A DNA stretch of 64,000 nt, taken from the IMG/VR virus record IMGVR_UViG_3300032047_003368. One strand, given 5' to 3'. How positions within the stretch are numbered: position 1 is the stretch's first letter; each line of letters begins with the position of its first letter. Source of the stretch: an uncultured virus (IMG/VR IMGVR_UViG_3300032047_003368). Lineage: Duplodnaviria > Heunggongvirae > Uroviricota > Caudoviricetes. Shown here piece after piece: positions 56,880 to 64,000 of this stretch. Below the pieces are notes generated by a model that did no database searches, was not told where the DNA came from, and saw only the letters and a program-made list of their open reading frames with translations. Position numbers and translations under genes: made by a program.

Positions 56880-57637
56880 CTATAATGTTTCTCCCCTATT
56901 TTTTGATAATGTTCTAAAAGTTGTTGTTTGTTCATTTGCTTGAATACTGATATTCTCTCTACCATTTCTTTCCATTGTTTTTTGTCGTTTAGTCTTGCAA
57001 GTCTTCTATGTGCTTTGGTGTCGTGATCAAGATGGTACATATCATAAGGTGACCTTCCAATCTTTAAATCAAATGTATCTACTTTGCTTCGCATTAACTC
57101 GTCTTCAGGACACCAAGAACCAATTGACGGTTCCCATCCGTATACTTCGTAAAAACCTTTTCTAGACATTATACAGACACCACCTGCACCATTGTCGGCA
57201 ACTCTTGGTCTATCCCTACCCAACCAAGATTCATCTAAGTTTTCACCGGCAATTACTTTCTTTGTTCCGTCACGTGAAATGTTAAGAAATTTTTGTGAAG
57301 GAACAAAAAAGTCGTATCCAACCACAAGTTGTTCAAAGTTGTTCAACAAGTCTTCGTGTAATAAAATGTCGTTATCTGCGAATATCATATAATCACCATT
57401 AGTTACTTTTGCTCCTTCGTTGAATCCATACCCACGACTATAATCAAATGGTTCTGGAGTTTTTCGCAGAAGATGTCGTTCCACTCCCAAGTCAGTCAAG
57501 TCCGACTCGGTGTTTTGTTCAACAATCGTAATCATTCCGTTTGGAAGGAGTTCTTGATACCTCTTTACGATGAACCGAAGGTTTCTATCTCTTGACTCAT
57601 GTGTGTTTGAGTGTCCTATAATTACGTCAAGTTTCAT
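56876..57637 (-). CDS. GT2/GT7C-like glycosyltransferase
   Basis: IVEQ, FADND, GGV...F..VYGW....W.PED, YHL.H. Confidence 0.82.
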   Translation of the reverse strand: MKLDVIIGHSNTHESRDRNLRFIVKRYQELLPNGMITIVEQNTESDLTDLGVERHLLRKTPEPFDYSRGYGFNEGAKVTNGDYMIFADNDILLHEDLLNNFEQLVVGYDFFVPSQKFLNISRDGTKKVIAGENLDESWLGRDRPRVADNGAGGVCIMSRKGFYEVYGWEPSIGSWCPEDELMRSKVDTFDLKIGRSPYDMYHLDHDTKAHRRLARLNDKKQWKEMVERISVFKQMNKQQLLEHYQKIGEKHYR

Positions 57638-58332
57638 CTAAAGATTCCCATTTTTTGTAATTTCCATCTATTATGTAGAATTTTTATTTGATGTTTGTGC
57701 AATCCTCTTATATTGATATTTTTAGTGTCAGACACTTTACCATTCATTTTTCTGTCTCTCCAATTCCACTTTTGATTTAGTGTTTTTATTTTTAACTTAT
57801 AATCGTTAATAAGACTATCTGGTAATAATATTTTTCCCAATGAACTTTGATCAGTATTTGCCTCCGTTCCACTTAATTTAAACCATTCAAACAAAAAATC
57901 ATATTGTTTTCTAAGTGATATAACACCTGTATTAAACGAGGTTTTACCAGTCTTCTTTGGTTGAATCGTTGCACAAAAATCATACTCTTTTGTTTCTTCA
58001 AACAATTCATCGAGTACACATTCATCGTTAATAATATATGTGTCCGAATCTAAAAATATAGTATGCTCATATGGTGAAGCAATAAATGCTATATTTTTCA
58101 ACAAATATGGATTTTTCAAAGGAAATGCATTTATAAAATTTTTATCTATTTTTATGACTTTATCAAAGCAAGTATCTTTAACTAAATCATCAATAGTAGT
58201 ACATAAGGTTATGTTTAAGTCTGGATGTAACTCCTTTACACGTTTTGCAGAAATCTCACACTCTTCTAAAAATTGAAGTCTTCCTCCCGGAGCGTTACCC
58301 TTCGTTGCACAATATAATATTCCTTTTTTCAT
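57634..58332 (-). CDS. GT8/nucleotide-diphospho-sugar transferase-like
   Basis: SPYEHTIFLDSD, FNTGVI, DQ, WN, KILH. Confidence 0.8.
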   Translation of the reverse strand: MKKGILYCATKGNAPGGRLQFLEECEISAKRVKELHPDLNITLCTTIDDLVKDTCFDKVIKIDKNFINAFPLKNPYLLKNIAFIASPYEHTIFLDSDTYIINDECVLDELFEETKEYDFCATIQPKKTGKTSFNTGVISLRKQYDFLFEWFKLSGTEANTDQSSLGKILLPDSLINDYKLKIKTLNQKWNWRDRKMNGKVSDTKNINIRGLHKHQIKILHNRWKLQKMGIFR

Positions 58333-58337
58333 AACAT

Positions 58338-58366
58338 AATCTAAAATTTACTTTTATTTATTGCAA
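58338..58366 (-). promoter_or_regulatory. Possible sigma70 promoter
   Basis: TTGCAA-17 nt-TAGATT, 5 nt before ATG 58332. Confidence 0.45.
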
Positions 58367-58450
58367 GTGTATCATTATCTCCACTACCACTTATACAATA
58401 GTATCTATTTTTTTCCAAAAATTTATATGTTATTTTTTTAAGATTATTCA

Positions 58451-59452
58451 TTAAATCACATCCTTCATTTTATCCAAAGTTTCTTTACCACCTGGTCTCT
58501 GACTATCCACGTGTTTCATTTTGGAATTCAATAGCAATGCAACATGAGCAAATCCACTTGCGTTGTGAAGCAAATAATCACACTTACTTAGTAAATACAT
58601 TTCAGCAATTGCATCTTCTCCGTTTTGAGCTGCTTTTGCTCCATCATCGCAAAGATATGTTGGCATCATAGCATTACCTTTTGTATTATCACCACTTTTA
58701 CCGACATCATGCTCTTCCTGACGAAATGTATCATATTCAACGATAGCATCATCAAATTCGTTTTTAACGATGTTAAACAACTTAGCATCGTCACTTGCAA
58801 CAAACACTTTTCCTTCATCTCCATACTTGTTAATAAATATTCGTATGCACTTAATATAATTCTGAATATCAAAGGTTTTTCTCCATCTTTCCGCATTATT
58901 TACAAGTGCATCTGTTCCACGAATATGAACACCGAGAACCTTTTTTGCGTCTGCTAAATTTTCTGCGAAAAAGTCGTTGATTTTATCATTAAGATACATT
59001 CTGAGTTTGAAGTATTTGTGAATGATTGCATTTGCTTTTTCACGATGACCATCTTCATAAACTTCAGGAATCAAATGTGGAGGAACGATCATAGTGTGTC
59101 CCATTTTTCTATCTCCGTAATGACAACACATTTTGTTTCCGTCACTTAATTTGACGAAACGACTATTATTTAATTTCTTTGGTTCTGTGTTTTGATATGC
59201 GTTTTCGATTTCCGATTTATTTTTATCAGAAATCATCAATGTATCAGCAGTTTCGTTTACAGGACGAAAATAATATTCCCAAACATTGTCTTTGTTTTGA
59301 TGACCTTCAGGATTATAGTAAACACATTGATTCTTAAAGTAAACAATTGGTGTACCAAGTTCTTCTTTTTCACAACGATTTAATGCGTTGATTATCTGAA
59401 ATAATAAACTTGCAAGTCCGACATCACGTTCTGTTATTATATATTGTTTCAT
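58451..59452 (-). CDS. NodZ/GT23-like glycosyltransferase
   Basis: NVWEYYF.P, GVHIRGTD, FVASD, GEDAIAEMYLLSKCD. Confidence 0.82.
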   Translation of the reverse strand: MKQYIITERDVGLASLLFQIINALNRCEKEELGTPIVYFKNQCVYYNPEGHQNKDNVWEYYFRPVNETADTLMISDKNKSEIENAYQNTEPKKLNNSRFVKLSDGNKMCCHYGDRKMGHTMIVPPHLIPEVYEDGHREKANAIIHKYFKLRMYLNDKINDFFAENLADAKKVLGVHIRGTDALVNNAERWRKTFDIQNYIKCIRIFINKYGDEGKVFVASDDAKLFNIVKNEFDDAIVEYDTFRQEEHDVGKSGDNTKGNAMMPTYLCDDGAKAAQNGEDAIAEMYLLSKCDYLLHNASGFAHVALLLNSKMKHVDSQRPGGKETLDKMKDVI

Positions 59453-59457
59453 TTTAA

Positions 59458-60957
59458 TTAACCTCTATCAGAATAACTTACATTATTTTCCACCATATCA
59501 AGATATCGTGTATACATTCTACCTATCATTACATCTTCTACTCCCAGAGGATGAATTCCTTTATCATTTTGAATATCGTGTTGCTCAACAATTTCTTTGC
59601 ATATTTCAGATGTTGCTACAAATTTTGCAAAATCGTAACTAAGTTTATATGCTTTTCCACAATAATACCAAGGTTCTTCTTGCATCCACTCAGGTAAAGG
59701 AATTCCGATTTTGATTTTTTTTGTTTCAGTCCAATCTATAAAATCTTTAATATTAAATGTTCTTCCACTTGTTCCATCATATGTTTGTAATCTGCGTTTG
59801 AAAATCAATTTATGTACCTTATCAACACCACAAATTTTTTTACGGGTTCGTTCTCCGACAGATGTATAAGTCATAAAATTTGCGTCAATTTTTATAATTT
59901 GATTGAATCTTAATTTTGACACACACCATTTTATTAAATCGTATGTTTTTACATGAAGTTTGTCGTATCTTTCATCACCACTTAATGTCAAACGATTGCC
60001 TTGAGTGTAAGATACCTTTTTGCTTCCGCGATAATATTCTAATATTCCAATGTTTTCATCTGCTTCTAATCTTTTGTAAAAAATAGATTTTTTAAGTTGC
60101 TCAAGATCATCTAAATCTCGTTCACACGAATTGAAACACACTAAAGTATCCACATCAACAATTGATGATCTAATTACATTATCAACATTTATTTGCTGAA
60201 TTGGTTTTTCTTTTATGATAACAGTAGAATCAATTTGATCAGGATCACGTTCTGCAACAATTTTCTCAATTGATTTGTATTTCGGAAATTCAGGTGGTGG
60301 TAATTTGTGATGATTTCTCCAAAACGAAATTCTTTCTTTGATAACTGGAGTTTCTTTTATCCAATAAGATAATGTTAGTTTATCAAAATTATAATCCGTT
60401 TCAAGCATTTCAAGATATTTTTCTTCTAAGTATTCTTTCGGAAGTTTTCTAAAATGACGTGTCCACAATACCGGCAAATCTTCATATTTTTCCATAAAAG
60501 AATTTGTTTGCCAACGATCTTTGCTATAAACTTCATTTGGAAATTGAACAATCGGGATTCCTTTTGTTAAAATTGCTTCATAATGACGATGACAATCAAT
60601 TCCATTTCCTTCTGGAGAAACGCAAAACTTATGTTCAATCATTGATTTCATATATTGCTCCATTGAAATTCTTTCTCCAACAGAATATCCTTCTTTGGTC
60701 ATATATTCATCGTATTTTTCCATTCGGCCGAGAATTTTTTTCCTTCTTCTTGTACCACGATAACACCAAGGATTAATATTATGATAGCATAACTTTGAAT
60801 TTATTTTTCTAGTATTGTAAATTGCTGAATCGTCAAAAGCAACTGGATATGCCCCAATGGGATGCTCCACCGGAGCATCTCCACGCGGAGTGTAACTTGC
60901 ACCAATAATAATTTCATCGGTAGGCAACTTTGTGTTTATCCAATCCTTTAGTTTCAT
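59458..60957 (-). CDS. GT47 (exostosin)-like + GT31-like fusion
   Basis: HKFCVSPEGNGIDCHR.YEA...IPIV; YDKL..KT, IKID, G.AY.LS, EDVMIG. Confidence 0.72.
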   Translation of the reverse strand: MKLKDWINTKLPTDEIIIGASYTPRGDAPVEHPIGAYPVAFDDSAIYNTRKINSKLCYHNINPWCYRGTRRRKKILGRMEKYDEYMTKEGYSVGERISMEQYMKSMIEHKFCVSPEGNGIDCHRHYEAILTKGIPIVQFPNEVYSKDRWQTNSFMEKYEDLPVLWTRHFRKLPKEYLEEKYLEMLETDYNFDKLTLSYWIKETPVIKERISFWRNHHKLPPPEFPKYKSIEKIVAERDPDQIDSTVIIKEKPIQQINVDNVIRSSIVDVDTLVCFNSCERDLDDLEQLKKSIFYKRLEADENIGILEYYRGSKKVSYTQGNRLTLSGDERYDKLHVKTYDLIKWCVSKLRFNQIIKIDANFMTYTSVGERTRKKICGVDKVHKLIFKRRLQTYDGTSGRTFNIKDFIDWTETKKIKIGIPLPEWMQEEPWYYCGKAYKLSYDFAKFVATSEICKEIVEQHDIQNDKGIHPLGVEDVMIGRMYTRYLDMVENNVSYSDRG

Positions 60958-60960
60958 TTT

Positions 60961-61725
60961 TTATCCCCAGTTCTCTTCATTTGCGATGAATGGTTGATTT
61001 TTAAGTATTGCATTTTTTATATGTTTATTACTTTTCCTCTGCTCAGAACTATCACGATCATGATGTAAATGATAAAAAGGAAAATTCAGTTTACTTCCAA
61101 GATTTATCAAACTATATTTATGTTTTAAACGAGTAATAAATTCGTGTTCCATATGATTAAAGAAAATATTTTTTTCGTTATATCCACTTGATTCAATCCA
61201 TATGTGAGTTGGTATTAACAAAATACCTACCATCGTTTTAAACCAATTTCTTTTTGCATAACCAACAGTATGGGTATATTCCAATTCACACGGCACTGAG
61301 TCATTATAAAAATAATTTGATTCTTGTCTTCCCGAAAAATAAAAATTATTTATTGCACATTCATCTGTATCAAACCAATCAAAAAACTCCTTTCCAACGA
61401 ATGTATCTTGGTCAAGTCTACCAACGAAATTTCCAGTTGCATTTTTTGCTCCACGATTGATACACTTTACTTCGTTGAAAGGTGTATGGTACTTTGCACA
61501 TTCTTCTTTATCAACATAAATAAATTTTATTCTTTTATCGTTTATTTCAAGAGTGTCTTCAATTTTTTCATCACTTCCGTAATCCACAATAATAATTTCT
61601 AGGTTCGTATTTCCCGAGTTTGAAAGTGTTTGTTTTAATGAGGTTTGTAAGCGAAATAATGGAGTTGTATGCTTTGCATTATACAAATCATTTTTTGATG
61701 CGATGACTAAAGAAAGTTTTTTCAT
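60961..61725 (-). CDS. GT2-like glycosyltransferase
   Basis: IIVDYGS, NRG, LDQD, GYNE, YHLHH. Confidence 0.8.
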   Translation of the reverse strand: MKKLSLVIASKNDLYNAKHTTPLFRLQTSLKQTLSNSGNTNLEIIIVDYGSDEKIEDTLEINDKRIKFIYVDKEECAKYHTPFNEVKCINRGAKNATGNFVGRLDQDTFVGKEFFDWFDTDECAINNFYFSGRQESNYFYNDSVPCELEYTHTVGYAKRNWFKTMVGILLIPTHIWIESSGYNEKNIFFNHMEHEFITRLKHKYSLINLGSKLNFPFYHLHHDRDSSEQRKSNKHIKNAILKNQPFIANEENWG

Positions 61726-61730
61726 TTGTG

Positions 61731-63497
61731 TTAGTTTTTCACTATTGTTTTATCTAAATATGTTTCCTCAAAAAACTCAGAATGAAATAATTTTCTAACT
61801 TCATTCCAATTAATTTTTTGATATTGATTATTGTAATAGTCCTCAAGCAATTCTTTGGTAATTTCTTCCCAAGAATTTACTACCAATAAAGGCAAACCCC
61901 ATTCTTGTAAATCATCGTACACGCAATGATTTAATACGACAGGAACTGTATTAACCAATAAACACTCTTGTAATCTTGGAGTTTGGATGCCTTGACCAAC
62001 TGGGCATATAAAAAATTTATATTGAGATAATTTTTGATAATATTCTCTTGGATCAACCTTAAATGTATCTACATAGTCTGTATTTTCAATAAAATCAATC
62101 AATGTATATCTTTGTTTTATTTGTTTTGTAAGATGTTTATATCTGTAACTAAACGAACTTGCTACTAATTTATTTTTTTTAAAATTGTTATAATCTAAAT
62201 TTATTATATCCAAAATATTGTTTTGTGGTAGTTTATTTAAACCATTGGGTGCAACACCACCTCCTAATATATTTGTTATTAGATATAAAATATTCCCACC
62301 CTTTGGAAATGCTTTTACAAAGTCACACTTTATATCTTTTGCTTCATAATAAATTTGTTGAAAATTCTGCGATAATTCGTATAACTCGTTCAGATACAAA
62401 CTTAACAAATGATCATCTCCTGCAATTAATATTTTTGAAGATTTATTCTTAAATTGCTCAAATACACCATCTTTAAATGCTTTTAAAAAAACTTTTGTAC
62501 CACAAAAAATATGAGTGTTATTTACTTGATTATTTAATCTTAAATAATAACCATGTTCACTGCCATCAGATATTATATTTATCTTAAATAAATCTAACGC
62601 AGGCGATGGATTTTTAATATATTGACAAGTAGATTTCCATTTCCAAAACCTCTGTTTTTTCCATTCACCATTATATCGTGCTTTGTGTGGATCGTGCCTA
62701 AACCAATTTATATTTTTTATATCGTTAAAGATCACCGAATCTAACTTTTTATTTACACAATAATTTTTTGCATATTTCAAATAGTCTTTATATCTAAGTT
62801 CAGCACCAATTTTACTTAGATAACTTGATCGTTTTTGACTTGCGATGTTTTCGTATTTTTTTGCCTTACCTTTACCTTTTCGTTTCCATGATTCCTGTCC
62901 TAAATGATTTACTAATAGTTCATCGTGTACACCAATCTTCCAGTTCATGTCTTCACAAGCAAATCCACTCATAAAACAAATTCCGTATCCCAATCCCAAG
63001 TCAGCATCAAATTGTTTTATATGCTCAATGAAGTTTCTATGAATTAATGGACATTGAAAATCAATCCAATCAACGACCCTACAACCACCGGTCTGCCAGT
63101 TTCCCATCTGAGCAAATGTCACACTCTTGGGTTGATCTTTCTTGAAATCTTCAACAATACTAGGAGATACGATCATAAAATCGTTATCAAACAATTGCTC
63201 TCTTAATTTTTTTACAAAGTTTTTTCCGTTTAATGTTAAATCACTATTCAGAAAAAGCAAACTATCATATTCATCGTGTTCAAGAACATAATTGAATGCC
63301 CAATTCAGACCACCACCCCAATAAAGGTTCTCTCCTGTTTGAATTGTTGGATACTTTGAACGTTTAGATTCATCGGAATTGTTATCAAGAACCATTACAT
63401 CATATAAATCACCTGCATACGGACTCAACGACTCGTATAGTGCATCTGTCAAATCTGGAGTATTGTAATTTAATATAAATGCAATTGTTTTTTTCAT
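61731..63497 (-). CDS. GT2 + GT47 (exostosin)-like fusion
   Basis: ILNYN, LDN, NLYWGGG.N, LNSD; YKFFICPVGQGIQTPR.QECL...VPVV. Confidence 0.78.
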   Translation of the reverse strand: MKKTIAFILNYNTPDLTDALYESLSPYAGDLYDVMVLDNNSDESKRSKYPTIQTGENLYWGGGLNWAFNYVLEHDEYDSLLFLNSDLTLNGKNFVKKLREQLFDNDFMIVSPSIVEDFKKDQPKSVTFAQMGNWQTGGCRVVDWIDFQCPLIHRNFIEHIKQFDADLGLGYGICFMSGFACEDMNWKIGVHDELLVNHLGQESWKRKGKGKAKKYENIASQKRSSYLSKIGAELRYKDYLKYAKNYCVNKKLDSVIFNDIKNINWFRHDPHKARYNGEWKKQRFWKWKSTCQYIKNPSPALDLFKINIISDGSEHGYYLRLNNQVNNTHIFCGTKVFLKAFKDGVFEQFKNKSSKILIAGDDHLLSLYLNELYELSQNFQQIYYEAKDIKCDFVKAFPKGGNILYLITNILGGGVAPNGLNKLPQNNILDIINLDYNNFKKNKLVASSFSYRYKHLTKQIKQRYTLIDFIENTDYVDTFKVDPREYYQKLSQYKFFICPVGQGIQTPRLQECLLVNTVPVVLNHCVYDDLQEWGLPLLVVNSWEEITKELLEDYYNNQYQKINWNEVRKLFHSEFFEETYLDKTIVKN

Positions 63498-63547
63498 CTA
63501 AAATCATCTAGTTGTAGTGTAATTTTTAAAATATCTAATGTCTTTAT

Positions 63548-64000
63548 TTACGTGCGTTGAATTACTACAAGGGAATTACACCTATTTTTTCTATGTACTT
63601 TTGAAGTAAATGGCATTTGATACAAATTTACATTTAAGTCGGTGTATCTTCCACTTTTTTGGTAATTTAAAAAAATATTACACATATGTTGAAATGGGTG
63701 TCCGTGCTTAAAATCTTCAATTACATAAAACCCCCCACTCTTCACTTTATGAATGCTATTTTCAAAAAAACAAATTTGTGCTCTTGGTTTGTGAAGTCCA
63801 TCTTCAATGATTATATCAAACTCCAAATCCTTAAGTTCTTCGTTGTTCCACATTTTATCAATACTACTTTTTTTTGTTTGATCACACTGAAATGTTTTTA
63901 TTCTATCTGTTTCGTATAATATCCTTTCGTCTATATCCGCACCGTACAAAATCGCATTGGGAAAAAATTCAGACCAACCTTCCAAAGATGCTCCCGGAGT
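63548..64000 (-). CDS. Class I SAM-dependent methyltransferase, 5' part outside the window
   Basis: W.EFFPNA..YGADID, DQ, FDIIIEDGLH, GGFYVIED. Confidence 0.82.
   Translation of the reverse strand, partial: TPGASLEGWSEFFPNAILYGADIDERILYETDRIKTFQCDQTKKSSIDKMWNNEELKDLEFDIIIEDGLHKPRAQICFFENSIHKVKSGGFYVIEDFKHGHPFQHMCNIFLNYQKSGRYTDLNVNLYQMPFTSKVHRKNRCNSLVVIQRT

Noticed and set aside
692..63919. Plus-strand ORFs and short alternative-frame minus ORFs in the track (e.g. 49302-49496, 16049-16261)
   Set aside because: All are shadows overlapping well-supported minus-strand genes and have no recognisable motifs
1..64000. Stop-codon reassignment as in some jumbo phages
   Set aside because: Conserved genes are full length in the standard code, and TAA, TGA and TAG (e.g. 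33309, 48688) all end genes at expected positions
18917..64000. Ordinary bacterial capsule/O-antigen locus or a eukaryotic giant virus
   Set aside because: No export or polymerase genes, and phage-type genes (dNMP kinase, resolvase) are interspersed; sigma70 promoters, overlapping operons and a bacterial tRNA argue against a eukaryotic virus. Not fully excluded without the rest of the contig

Overview
An AT-rich, gene-dense window in which essentially all real genes lie on the minus strand. It reads as part of a large (jumbo-type) bacteriophage genome: sigma70-type promoters, a bacterial tRNA, UvsE, dNMP kinase, a Holliday-junction-resolvase-like nuclease and many small ORFans, but no cellular core genes. 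No capsid or terminase gene is present, so the phage call is an inference. There are three zones. (1) 1-4.5 kb is a tandem array of 12 small, highly diverged Trp-rich paralogs sharing W-x-L-x-[YF]P-x-N, DPW-x-R and [FY]R-x-T-[TS]-[VI]-x-G-K-x-I-x-L blocks, a family I do not recognise. (2) 4.6-15.8 kb is an early/host-takeover-like region driven by near-identical sigma70 promoters. It holds a PRTase, an AT-hook protein, uvsE, DoxX, two rhomboid proteases behind a 24-aa TM peptide, MYG1, and a tRNA-Ile2(CAU) nested in an ORF. (3) 15.8-64 kb, continuing past the window edge, holds a DUF285-repeat surface protein and a ~45-kb glycan-synthesis island. The island has over 20 glycosyltransferase-like genes, 7 sulfotransferase genes (8 domains), PAPS supply (cysD-cysN-cysC), SAM supply (metK), sugar methyltransferases, galE and a dTDP-6-deoxysugar pathway. 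Many island genes are preceded by a second, non-sigma70 motif (ATAYTTAT). The best candidates for undescribed systems are the paralog array and the self-provisioned sulfated/methylated glycan pathway. All family calls come from motif recognition by eye; no database search was run.
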